Below the pieces are notes generated by a model. That model did not search any database and was not told the origin of the DNA. It was given only the letters and a program-made list of their open reading frames with translations. 64,000 nt of DNA from an uncultured Verrucomicrobiae bacterium (GTDB taxonomy: Bacteria > Verrucomicrobiota > Verrucomicrobiia > Limisphaerales > UBA11358), in contig CAWBJE010000002.1 of assembly GCA_963789055.1 (NCBI GenBank), positions 304,563 through 368,562 of the forward strand. Reading direction: 5' to 3'. Positions 37,766 through 46,763 of this stretch are shown here, piece by piece. The position numbers and the translations under genes are program-made. The first letter of the stretch is position 1; each line of letters begins with the position of its first letter.

Positions 37766-38347
37766 TCACGCCTTTTTCTTCGCCTTGGGTTTGTCTTCCG
37801 GCTCGACTTGGAAACCAATCCGTCGCTGCGGCGGCGGTGGCGGCGGTGGTGGCGGGTTGAGAATATCCATGACACGTTGCAGCACCTCGATGATAGCCGC
37901 TTCATGTCCGTCCAGCCGTGCGGTCAGTTTCTTTTCCAGCTCGGCCAGTTGTTTGGCCAGCTCCTTCGTGCTGCCCAGCAGGTCGCGCATCTGGACGAAG
38001 GCGCGCACCACGAACACACTCATCCGCACCGCCTGCGGGCTGTTGAGCACGTTCGCCGCCATGATGGAGCCGTTTTCCGTGAAGGCGTAGGGTAAAGTCC
38101 GCCTTCCGCCACGGCCGACTTTTGACATCGCAAATTGCGATGTCAAAGATTCTTGTTCCTCCCACGTCAGTTGGAATAGAAAATCGTCAGGGAAACGTTC
38201 GCGATTCCGTTTGATGGCTTCATTGAATCGAAACGTTGGCACCCTGAAAATTCGGGCTAAATCCGTGTCCAAAATTACCTTTTGACCACGAATGGTTCGA
38301 ATCATCGAACCAATCTGGTCAACATGTGCCAGCGTTCCGTTGCTCAT
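37766..38347 (-). CDS. ORF6N (KilA-N-related) domain protein with a poly-proline and Lys-rich tail
   Basis: IRGQKVILDTDLARIFRVPTFRFNEAIKRNRERFPDDFLFQLTWEE...LTSQFAMSKVGRGGRRTLPYAFTENG, then a coiled-coil-like region, PPPPPPPPP and a KPKAKKKA end. Confidence 0.8.
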   Translation of the reverse strand: MSNGTLAHVDQIGSMIRTIRGQKVILDTDLARIFRVPTFRFNEAIKRNRERFPDDFLFQLTWEEQESLTSQFAMSKVGRGGRRTLPYAFTENGSIMAANVLNSPQAVRMSVFVVRAFVQMRDLLGSTKELAKQLAELEKKLTARLDGHEAAIIEVLQRVMDILNPPPPPPPPPQRRIGFQVEPEDKPKAKKKA

Positions 38348-38362
38348 AGCATCCCTTTTCCA

Positions 38363-38454
38363 ATGCGGTCACAAATTGTGACCGCATCCGTTTTTGACAT
38401 CGCAAATTGCGATATCAAGTTCTGACCTTGTTCAAGGTCACAATTTGTGACCTT
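38363..38454. promoter_or_regulatory. Three stacked palindromes (candidate operators) directly upstream of the ORF6N gene
   Basis: ATGCGGTCACAAATTGTGACCGCAT (38363-38387, perfect), TTTGACATCGCAAATTGCGATATCAAG (38393-38419) and AAGGTCACAATTTGTGACCTT (38434-38454, perfect). The first begins 16 nt upstream of the ATG at 38347. Confidence 0.5.
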
Positions 38455-38510
38455 AAAAACTTATTTCTTCTTTTGCATCCCGCAGAGCGGGACGCGCTTC
38501 GCGCGCCAGT

Positions 38511-39746
38511 TTATTTTCTCTTTTGGACTTTGGCTGCAACTTTTAAGCGCAATGCGTTGAGCCGGATGAAACCGGTGGCGTCGTCCTGGTTGTAGGTCCC
38601 GCCGTGGCGGGATCGGTCGGCTTCCATCGTGGCGATGTGCGGATTGTACAGGCTCACCGGGGACTGGCGTCCAGCCACCATTATATTTCCCTTATACAAT
38701 TTAACCCGCACGGTGCCGGTCACGTTTTTTTGGCTCTCAGTCACGAACACTTGCAATGCCAGCCGCTCCGGCGAAAACCAATAGCCGTAATACACCAGCT
38801 CCGCGTACCGCGGAATCAGCGAGTCGCGCAGGTGCATGACTTCCCGGTCCATGGTGAGGCTTTCCATCTGCCGATGCGCGAAGTGCAGGATGGCGCCGCC
38901 GGGCGTTTCGTACACGCCCCGCGATTTCATGCCCACGTAGCGGTTCTCCACCATGTCCACGCGCCCGACACCGTGTTTGCCGCCGATTTTATTCAGCGTT
39001 TTCATCACACCGAGCGGGGACAGCTTTTTGCCGTTCACCGCCACGCAATTGCCGCGCACAAAATTAAGCGTGACGAACTCCGGTTTGTTCGGCGCGTCTT
39101 CGGGAAAAACAGACAGCGTGGTGAATGAGCCGCGATACTTTTTGTCGCTGGCATCCATCCACGGGTCTTCGAGAATGCCCGCCTCATAAGAAATGTGCAG
39201 CAGGTTCCGGTCGCTCGAGAACGGTTTTTTCGCGCTGGCCTGGACGGAGATTTTCTTCTTCCGGCAATATTCAATCATCTCCTGCCGGCCGGGAAAGTCG
39301 GCACGAAACGACGGGTCCCGCCACGGGGCGATGACTTGCAATTCCGGCGCGAGCGCGGCGGCGGTGAGCTCGAACCGCACCTGGTCGTTGCCCTTGCCGG
39401 TGGCACCGTGGGCGATGGCATCGGCCTTTTCCCGTTTCGCCACGTCAATCATGCCCTTGGCGATGAGTGGGCGGGCGATGCTGGTGCCGAGGAAATACTG
39501 GTTTTCATAGACCGCGCCGGCCTGGAGCATGGGATAGATGAAGTCGCGCGCGAATTCCTCCTGCAAATCCACGATGTAGATTTTGGATGCGCCGGTTTTT
39601 TTGGCCTTGGCCTCGAGGCCGCGGAGTTCCTCCTCCTGGCCGATGTTGGCGCAGAAGGCAATCATCTCCGCGTCGTAATTTTCCTTGATCCACGACAGCA
39701 ACACCGAGGTGTCGAGGCCGCCCGAATAAGCTAAAACAATTTTCAT
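38511..39746 (-). CDS. argG: Argininosuccinate synthase
   Basis: The start was set at ATG 39746 ([15 protein letters not shown]). Conserved [15 protein letters not shown]; 411 aa. Confidence 0.95.
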   Translation of the reverse strand: MKIVLAYSGGLDTSVLLSWIKENYDAEMIAFCANIGQEEELRGLEAKAKKTGASKIYIVDLQEEFARDFIYPMLQAGAVYENQYFLGTSIARPLIAKGMIDVAKREKADAIAHGATGKGNDQVRFELTAAALAPELQVIAPWRDPSFRADFPGRQEMIEYCRKKKISVQASAKKPFSSDRNLLHISYEAGILEDPWMDASDKKYRGSFTTLSVFPEDAPNKPEFVTLNFVRGNCVAVNGKKLSPLGVMKTLNKIGGKHGVGRVDMVENRYVGMKSRGVYETPGGAILHFAHRQMESLTMDREVMHLRDSLIPRYAELVYYGYWFSPERLALQVFVTESQKNVTGTVRVKLYKGNIMVAGRQSPVSLYNPHIATMEADRSRHGGTYNQDDATGFIRLNALRLKVAAKVQKRK

Positions 39747-39760
39747 TGGGGAGATTTTAA

Positions 39761-39785
39761 CCGCCAAGACGCCAAGTGCGCAAAG
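39761..39785. repeat. Tandem octamers CCGCCAAG ACGCCAAG TGCGCAAA in the argG leader
   Basis: Read directly from the sequence. Confidence 0.5.
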
Positions 39786-39882
39786 GGAAAACTGAGGAAC
39801 AAAACCATCCCAAAAGACCCGTCGAATCGGAGTTCGGCGCTCCATCGCAAAGTCAGGGAAGCGGCCGGCAAACGCCTGCTTT

Positions 39883-40660
39883 TCAGTAATTGTCCGAGAC
39901 CTTTCTCGCGTCCACATGGAAATCGAAGAAAAGAAAATTGCGCAGGGTTACGTGAGCCGGTTTTATCGGGATGCAGGGAATCTTTTCCAGGCCCAAATTA
40001 TCCGGCGGCAGATTGTCCAATGACGCGCTGACGGCTGCCCAATCAAAATCCCCGACCGCCCAGGTATCGCTCAGCGACACGATGGCGGCGACCTCGGAAA
40101 GTTTGAGCGGCCGTTGATCCTGATTTCGTTTGCCAAACGGATAACCCAGGTTCTGGTTTTTTCCCTCGTTGTCAATCCGCGTCATGGAATAGCAAAAGGC
40201 ATGGGAGTAATTGTCGCGTTCCGGGTTGTAATGTCCCTGCGTATTGCCGGGCAGCGCATGGTCATAAGCCGGACAGACCAGAACCTTGACCAAATTGGTC
40301 TTGTCACCAATTTCGGCCGGGGAAGGCATTCCCAGATAGCTTGCCAGATAATACGGCAGATAATTCGTCATCGACGCGCTGTAATCGGGCATGCTCGGTC
40401 AGGTCGAGAGACACAGGGGCGGGCTCGTTTTCCGGTGACGGTCCGGGCGGCAGCCAGTCATCATGCTCATCAATGAACATATGCATGGCCGTTCCCACCT
40501 GTTTGTAGTTGGAAACGCACTGGATTTGATACGCCTTGCGTTTCGCCGCCGACAGCACCGGCAACAGCAGCGACGCCAAAATGCCGATGATGGCAATGAC
40601 CACCAGCAGTTCAATCAAGGTGAACGCCTGCCCGTGTGGGTTTGCGCCGGATAGTTTCAT
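39883..40660 (-). pseudogene. Prepilin-type N-terminal cleavage/methylation domain protein (H-X9-DG / DUF1559-like), apparently frameshifted near 40393
   Basis: The N-terminal ORF has [28 protein letters not shown] and runs to ...VSLDLTEH. The C-terminal ORF ([20 protein letters not shown]...FFDFHVD) continues in another frame. The intact paralog at 41498-42286 is a single 262-aa ORF. Confidence 0.6.
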
Positions 40661-40807
40661 GGCGTGAGTTCCAGAGGATCATCCATAATTCAGTTTGTCC
40701 ATCATCAACGAGTGTCCTTCACCACCAGCATCTGGATGGATTCCGTGGCCGGCTCCAGCTTGAGTCCCAGACTGCCGAGTACACTTTCCACTTGTTGGCG
40801 GTCCGGG

Positions 40808-41481
40808 TCAGTTGTCCCTGCGCCAGATCATTTCGATGGTGAAATCATAATAGTTCGTCAACCCGGTCCGGTCCACGACCGGTTGTTTGTAGGTGGATCC
40901 CAGAAAGTCCAGCATGAAGGCTGGCCGCATGTGGGTGAACTTGTATTTCCGGTTCGCGAAGGAAACATTTTCGTTCGTAGCGGTGCTCAATTTGAAAGCC
41001 GGCGGGTCGGGCACGATGGTTTCCAGCCGCAACACATCGGTGTCGCGATTTTCCCAGTGCGCCGTGTAACCCAATTTTTTCCTGACCGCTGTCTGAAGAC
41101 GTTCCCGCTGCCGGTCCGGCACGGTCACCAGGTAATCAAAATGCTCTTTGGCTTGGTGAGTGGCGGAACGACCCGGGCGGGATCGCAGCCGTAAGCTGCG
41201 GCCATGACCGATTCCAACGGCACATTGCGCCCGATCATCCGCATCACGTTTTGGCCGGGCTTGGGCCGGGTGGAAGTCACCATACTGCCGGTGCCCTCGG
41301 TAAAGTGTGTCGGCCGCACCACCAGCAGATTTTTCGGCAAAGTCTGGAAATGCATCCAATTCAACTGAAAGTCCGAATCCTGAACCGCCGGAGAAGCGCA
41401 CCGCCTGACGATGATGGCGGCCGCGACCATTGCCACGAGCGTCAGGCCCGCAACCACCGTTTTTGTTTTCGTCCATGCCAT
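40808..41481 (-). pseudogene. TIGR03435-family protein, frameshifted at a homopolymer near 41147-41150
   Basis: The N-terminal ORF (TM anchor, then RMIGRNVPLESVMAAAYG...LTKPK) stops soon after CCAAAGAG. The continuation EHFDYLVTVPD...KQPVVDRTGLTNYYDFTIEMIW is in another frame. Confidence 0.6.
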
Positions 41482-41497
41482 AGGTGTCTCAGTAGTT

Positions 41498-42286
41498 TTA
41501 TAAACCCGGTAGTGAATTGATGATGTTGTTTCCGAATTCCCAATTCACCGCCTCCGCGTGACTGTCGGCGAAAGTCACATTCGCCCGGCCCCGATGACGG
41601 TTGGTCAAAGGATCTCCGCCGGGAATCCATCGTCCGTCATTGATGACAAATGCAGCCGGCGATGAGCTGATTGGATTATCGCCGCTACCTCTGGTGCCCG
41701 GTTCCTCGGCAAGCATGATTTTGAGCGCGGGATTGCGGACGGAAGACTGTTTGAAAATATAAGCCTCGTCACTCGTGAAGACCGAGGAGAACCCCAGATT
41801 CCCCTCCATGTCCAATTCGGGATGAGAGTCGGTCCCGTAGCCGGTCAGGCTGTAGCTGAAAAGATACGGGCCGTCGATCGTATCCACCGCTGCCAGCCGG
41901 TCGGCATCGCTTCGGTCCAGCGGGCAGCGGAAGAGCGAACGGTTGGCGCCGGAAACGTGGGCAACGATGGGGCTCTTCTCAATGGACGGATAAAGCGCCG
42001 TGTTTGTCCGCCAATAAATCCAATCCGCCCGATTGAAGCCGTTGTGCTGCGACGCCATGCCTGGAAACGCGTCGCTGTTGTCATCCACATACATCATCAT
42101 GCCCAGGCCGAGCTGTTTCTGGTTATTGAGGCAGGCAGTTTGCGCGGCCTTCGCCTTGGCCGCGCCCAACACTGGCAGTAACATTGCCGCCAGGATGCCG
42201 ATAATGGCAATCACTACCAGCAATTCGATGAGCGTGAATGCCGGCTGGTGACGGGTGTCACTTTTCTCTGCGATTTTCGGTTTCAT
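41498..42286 (-). CDS. Prepilin-type N-terminal cleavage/methylation domain protein (H-X9-DG / DUF1559-like)
   Basis: [33 protein letters not shown] followed by a C-terminal [10 protein letters not shown] motif. Confidence 0.8.
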   Translation of the reverse strand: MKPKIAEKSDTRHQPAFTLIELLVVIAIIGILAAMLLPVLGAAKAKAAQTACLNNQKQLGLGMMMYVDDNSDAFPGMASQHNGFNRADWIYWRTNTALYPSIEKSPIVAHVSGANRSLFRCPLDRSDADRLAAVDTIDGPYLFSYSLTGYGTDSHPELDMEGNLGFSSVFTSDEAYIFKQSSVRNPALKIMLAEEPGTRGSGDNPISSSPAAFVINDGRWIPGGDPLTNRHRGRANVTFADSHAEAVNWEFGNNIINSLPGL

Positions 42287-42665
42287 GGCCTTCTGCTTTC
42301 ATTCTTAGGCTTTTTTGCGGGTTGGTTACAGAAAATCCGCAAATCTTATACCAAAACCATCCGCAATTCGAAATTACACGACTTCGCAATTTTTATAGCG
42401 GTACTCCACAATCGCGAAACCACGCCACAGATTCATACCTTTGCCGACATAGACCCCGGCGATGAAGGTTCGTTTCACGGTTTTTGCTAAACAAGCTGAA
42501 CCGTTTCCTGCCGTCGCGTCATCCTGCAAATAGGTGTCCGCATGGGGCTAAAACGTGACAACAAAATCGCGAATTTCTCCCGTCGCCATCAAAAAGTCCG
42601 CGAACAAAGCCCGTTTTCGACATTTGCCAATTAGCGTCCGCCGAAATGAAAAAGGGACAGAATTT

Positions 42666-43571
42666 TTAACCGCCAACCTTGCTCTTTTGCGCCGCGAGGC
42701 CGAGCGGCTCGATGTGCACCATTACGTCGCTGACGGCGGGGATGTTGTCGCGGATTTTATCCTTCACGTCGTGGGCGATTTTATGCGAATGCAGAACGGT
42801 CATTTGCGGATCCACTTCCACGTGCATGTCCACGAAATATTGATAACCCACCTTGCGGACGATGCATTTTTCCACCCGGTCCACGCCGGGCGTGGAGGCC
42901 GCTATCTGCCGGATCCGGTCAATCACTTCCGGGCCGGGTGCGGTGTCCATGAGTTCGTTGAGCGCCGGCCGGAGCAGGTGCCAGCCGTTCCAGGCGATGA
43001 CCCCTGCCGCCGCAATCGCCGCCACGTCATCCGCCGCCTCAAACCCCTTGCCGCCAATGAGCGCCACGCTGATGCCGATGCCGGCGGCCACGGAGGTGAT
43101 GGCGTCGCTACGATGGTGCCAGGCATCGGTTGTGACCGCCGAGCTGTCCACCGCTTTGCCTTCGCGCGAGACAAAACGGAATAACATTTCTTTTACCACC
43201 ACCACTACCAGCAGCACGATGAGCGTAAACGGCGCCGGCGCCGGATGCGGTTCCATGATTTCACCAAGTGCCTTGAGGGCAATCCATAGCGCCGCCCCCA
43301 GCAACATGGCGGCGACAATGGCGGAGGCAATCGGTTCGGCTTTGCCGTGGCCGTAGGGATGGTCCTCGTCCGGCGGCGCCGCCGCCACGATGAGTCCGCG
43401 CCACACGATGAGCGAACTGAAAATGTCGGCGAAGGATTCAACGGCATCAGCGACGAGCGCGTGCGAATGGCCGGCAATGCCCGCGGCGAGTTTCGTGCCC
43501 GACAACACGACATTGACGGCCATGCCCGTAAAGGTGGCGCGCAAGCCGCGTTGGAGGCGGTTCATTGGCAC
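42666..43571 (-). CDS. Cation diffusion facilitator (CDF) family transporter
   Basis: GHSHALVADAVESFADIFSSLIV, six TM helices and a C-terminal cytoplasmic domain containing HVEPL. Confidence 0.85.
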   Translation of the reverse strand: MPMNRLQRGLRATFTGMAVNVVLSGTKLAAGIAGHSHALVADAVESFADIFSSLIVWRGLIVAAAPPDEDHPYGHGKAEPIASAIVAAMLLGAALWIALKALGEIMEPHPAPAPFTLIVLLVVVVVKEMLFRFVSREGKAVDSSAVTTDAWHHRSDAITSVAAGIGISVALIGGKGFEAADDVAAIAAAGVIAWNGWHLLRPALNELMDTAPGPEVIDRIRQIAASTPGVDRVEKCIVRKVGYQYFVDMHVEVDPQMTVLHSHKIAHDVKDKIRDNIPAVSDVMVHIEPLGLAAQKSKVGG

Positions 43572-43580
43572 GCAGAGAAT

Positions 43581-43699
43581 GTCGAATTTCGAATGAGAAG
43601 TGTCGAATGCAAAATTTGGATAAATGGATTACTGGATAATTGGATTGCTCAGTCAGCCGATTGCGACCCATTTATCCACCAATCCACTCATCCAACTTC
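43581..43699. repeat. Composite short-period repeat: heptamers (GTCGAAT-like x5), then octamer arms (GGATWNNT x4 and the complementary CCANNNAT x4)
   Basis: 43581-43615 reads GTCGAAT TTCGAAT GAGAAGT GTCGAAT GCAAAAT. 43618-43649 reads GGATAAAT GGATTACT GGATAATT GGATTGCT. 43668-43699 reads CCATTTAT CCACCAAT CCACTCAT CCAACTTC. Confidence 0.8.
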
Positions 43700-44912
43700 A
43701 GATTAAGTGGCAGAACATGGCGTCGCGGAGCTTGGGCTCAAACCACGTGCTCTTGGGTGGCATGATGCCGCCGGCGGTGGCAACGGCCATCAGGTCCTCA
43801 ATGGCCGTCGGAAACATCGAGAACGCGCAGGCGTACTCGCCGCTGTTCACCAGCTTTTCCAGCTCCGCCGTACCGCGAATGCCGCCGACAAAATTGAGCC
43901 GCTTGCTCGTGCGCGGGTCGTCAATGCCAAACACCGACGCCAGGATGTGTTCCTGCAAGAGCGACGCGTCAAGCGAATCAACCGAGTTGCGCGGGGCACT
44001 GAGTTTAATACGCAGGCCTATGGTATGCCATTTGCCCGCGACATAGAGGCTGATTTCGTGTTTGCCCGCCGGCTGGGCTTTGCCGCTTGGTTCAACGGGA
44101 AATACGGTGCCGATGATTTCCAACAACTGCTCCGGCGTCCAGTTGTTCAAATCCTTCACCACGCGGTTGTAGGGCAGGATTTGCATCTGGTTGTGGGGAA
44201 ATATCACGGCGAGAAATTGTCCGCTCTGGCCCGCCCCCTGGCGCGTCCGGAAAATCCGCACCGCCGCGGCGCTGCGATGATGGCCGTCAGCAATGTAAAG
44301 ATACGGGATGGTGGAAAATTGCGTCTCGATGAATTTGATTTCCTCCGGATCGGCAATCACCCAGGCCGAGTGCCGCACCTGGTCCCTGGTGGTAAAGTCG
44401 ACCTCCGGTTTTTTTGAAATTCTCTTTGCAACGAATTTATCGATGTCAGCGTTGGCGCGGTACGTCAAAAAAACCGGGCCGGTTTGCGCGTTCAAGGCAT
44501 CGATGTGCCGGGCACGGTCGTCCACCTTGTCGGGTCGGGTCAGCTCGTGCTTTTTGATGGTCTCGCGCAGGTACTCCTCGCAACTCGCGGTGGCCACGAG
44601 GCCCACCTGCGTATGTTTGCCCATGATCTGCCGGTAGAGATAAAAACACAGTTGCGCATCCTGCTTCAACACGCCGTCTTTAATGAGCTTTTGAAAATTG
44701 TCGCGGCCTTTGGCATAAACTTCCGGCGCGGCAGGGTCCGTGCCCGGCGGCAAATCTATCTCCGGTTTGCTGACGTGCAGAAAACTGAGCGGATTACCGG
44801 CGGCGATTTCCCGCGCTTCGTCCGACGACATCACGTCGTAGGGCAATTCACAAATGCGCGCGGCCTGTTTGGGGTCCGGTCGCAACGCAGCGAAAGGTTT
44901 GACCGCGGCCAT
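43698..44912 (-). CDS. DUF1015 domain-containing protein
   Basis: The start was set at ATG 44912. MAAVKPFAALRPDPKQAARICELPYDVMSSDEAREIAAGNPLSFLHV is the typical DUF1015 N-terminus; 404 aa. Confidence 0.8.
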   Translation of the reverse strand: MAAVKPFAALRPDPKQAARICELPYDVMSSDEAREIAAGNPLSFLHVSKPEIDLPPGTDPAAPEVYAKGRDNFQKLIKDGVLKQDAQLCFYLYRQIMGKHTQVGLVATASCEEYLRETIKKHELTRPDKVDDRARHIDALNAQTGPVFLTYRANADIDKFVAKRISKKPEVDFTTRDQVRHSAWVIADPEEIKFIETQFSTIPYLYIADGHHRSAAAVRIFRTRQGAGQSGQFLAVIFPHNQMQILPYNRVVKDLNNWTPEQLLEIIGTVFPVEPSGKAQPAGKHEISLYVAGKWHTIGLRIKLSAPRNSVDSLDASLLQEHILASVFGIDDPRTSKRLNFVGGIRGTAELEKLVNSGEYACAFSMFPTAIEDLMAVATAGGIMPPKSTWFEPKLRDAMFCHLI

Positions 44913-45110
44913 AGAATGGGGTGGAAAATACGCGGGACGACAAGCCAATGCACGCACAAAGTGAACAATTACCATCAGCCGCCATGGAGTGGTAACGGCG
45001 TAATAAGTCATCGCTTTCGTCCCGCCGGCTGATTCGATTTTGTAGTCGGGACAAACTCCCGCATTTGCCTGAAGACGCCGGTTGGATTATCTATATGCGG
45101 GCACTTAAGC

Positions 45111-45482
45111 ATGAATGTTGAAAGGCTAAAGGCTTATGTTCGGAATGTCCCCTGGCGGCGACGGCGGCGAAAATCCGCGTCGGTCCGGTCCGGACGCGAT
45201 ATGAGTGGCGAGGGAATTATTGCCGCCATTATCCTCAGGGTCAACGAAATGAACACCAATTGCACCAGTTGGCGCATTGGCCTTTCGAACGATCCGGATC
45301 GAAGCAAGGCATTCTGGAAAGAGGTGGAAAGAGAAAATGTCGATTCTTGGACCCAGTGGGAGGCCGTCTCCATGTCTGATCCCCGGGACATCGAAAGCTA
45401 TTTCGTAAACGAAAAAAGAATGGAAGGTGTTACAGATGAAATCCTGTCGCCCGGCAAACCCGTTTTCGTCTATATTTTTTAG
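45111..45482 (+). CDS. Hypothetical protein; start uncertain
   Basis: 123-aa ORF with only a faint GIY-YIG-like pattern (WRIGLSNDPDRSKAFW ... PVFVYIF). The basic N-terminal 30 aa may not be translated. Confidence 0.35.
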   Translation: MNVERLKAYVRNVPWRRRRRKSASVRSGRDMSGEGIIAAIILRVNEMNTNCTSWRIGLSNDPDRSKAFWKEVERENVDSWTQWEAVSMSDPRDIESYFVNEKRMEGVTDEILSPGKPVFVYIF

Positions 45483-45598
45483 GCCGGTCGGCCCGTAATT
45501 TTAAGATCAGGCCGGGGTACGGGAGCCAAATCCCCGGGAAATAGTGCTTGCCAGAATAAATTTGGCTGCTAGGCTTGGCGACTCATTATTGAATTTTT

Positions 45599-45871
45599 AT
45601 GGCACGCATTTGTGAATTGACCGGCAAGCGCCCGATGAAGGGCAGCATTATCTGGCGCAGTGGCAAACCCAAGAAACAGGGCGGTATCGGCACGCACATC
45701 ACCGCCATCACCAAGCGAAAGTTCATGCCGAATTTGCAGCGCGTGAAGGCCCAACTGCCCAACGGTGAAGTCCGCTACATCCGTGTCTCGGCCAGCGCCA
45801 TCAAAAAAGGCCTTGTCACCAAGGCGCCCAAACGGAACTGGAAGAAGCCGGAAGCGGCGGTCGCGGCTTAA
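45599..45871 (+). CDS. rpmB: 50S ribosomal protein L28
   Basis: MARICELTGKRPMKGSIIWRSGKPKKQGGIG...FMPNLQRVKA. Confidence 0.93.
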   Translation: MARICELTGKRPMKGSIIWRSGKPKKQGGIGTHITAITKRKFMPNLQRVKAQLPNGEVRYIRVSASAIKKGLVTKAPKRNWKKPEAAVAA

Positions 45872-45893
45872 ACGGGATCAGAGCATTGAAGCT

Positions 45894-45929
45894 GGAGGAT
45901 GGCATGAAAGCGCCGTCCTCTTTTTATTT
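45894..45929 (+). terminator. Intrinsic terminator after rpmB
   Basis: The stem GGAGGATGGC / GCCGTCCTC (one mismatch) is followed by TTTTTATTT. Confidence 0.65.
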
Positions 45930-45961
45930 CCATTCTCAACTTTCTCGCCTCAACCTTCGTT

Positions 45962-46420
45962 TCAAGATTTGAACCGTTTCATTTGGGCGCGCTTGAGTTC
46001 GCGGTCGGACTCGCGCTTTTTCAAATCCTCGCGCTTGTCGTACTGCTGCTTGCCTTTGCCGACGCCCAGCGCGACTTTCACCTTCCCGTTCTTCCAATAA
46101 AATGCCAGCGGAACCAGCGCATTGCCTTTCACCGCCGCCAGCCCGAACAGCTTGCGGATTTCCGATTTGTGCAGGAGCAGTTTGCGCGGGGCTTTGGGCT
46201 GATGATTTTGCCGGTTGCCGTGCGAGTATTCATCAATGTGCGCGTTGTAAAGCCAGACCTCGTCCTTCTCCACGCGCGCAAAGGCGTCGGCGATCTGCCC
46301 CTTGCCGGCGCGCAACGATTTGACCTCCGTGCCGTGCAGCACGATGCCCGCCTCGAAGGTTTCAAGGATGTGATAATCGCGCCGGGCTTTGGAGTTGGTC
46401 ACGATGTCGGCCATGACCAA
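45962..46420 (-). CDS. smpB: SsrA-binding protein
   Basis: [29 protein letters not shown]...YNAHIDEY...[14 protein letters not shown]...[29 protein letters not shown]. Confidence 0.93.
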   Translation of the reverse strand: MVMADIVTNSKARRDYHILETFEAGIVLHGTEVKSLRAGKGQIADAFARVEKDEVWLYNAHIDEYSHGNRQNHQPKAPRKLLLHKSEIRKLFGLAAVKGNALVPLAFYWKNGKVKVALGVGKGKQQYDKREDLKKRESDRELKRAQMKRFKS

Positions 46421-46422
46421 TA

Positions 46423-46503
46423 ATTTTAGATTTACGATTTACGATTTACGAGGGGAATCTGAAACGAGTGGCGACTCGTAAATCTTAAATCGCCAATCGT
46501 AAA
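46423..46503. repeat. Hairpin-forming pair of heptamer arrays (ATTTACG)n / (CGTAAAT)n between smpB and rpoZ
   Basis: The left arm ATTTTAG ATTTACG ATTTACG ATTTACG is at 46423-46450. A 25-nt loop follows. The right arm TCGTAAA TCTTAAA TCGCCAA TCGTAAA is at 46476-46503. Confidence 0.8.
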
Positions 46504-46507
46504 TGAG

Positions 46508-46763
46508 TCAGCGTTTCTTGCGTTTCCGGGGATGCGGACGGACCAACTCGGCCGGTTCAGGCATTTCCCAACCGATTTTATCCTCCAACAGTTCCCGCAA
46601 CGCGATGTCGGCTGCACTCAAGATTTGCCGCGTCGGCAATGAGCGGACGGCTCTTGCCGCCGCCCCCGGAATTCAACTGGCGCACCCGGCGGGAAATGAG
46701 GTTCACTAGAACGTTTGGGTTGCCAACCTTTTCGACGGCTTTTTTGCAAAGTTCAGCGTTCAC
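46508..46763 (-). pseudogene. rpoZ: RNA polymerase omega subunit, reading frame broken near 46612-46624
   Basis: The ORF MNAELCKKAVEKVGNPNVLVNLISRRVRQLNSGGGGKSRPLIADAANL then drifts to a short out-of-frame end. The shifted frame gives the omega-like tail AADIALRELLEDKIGWEMPEPAELVRPHPRKRKKR with a stop at 46508. Confidence 0.65.
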
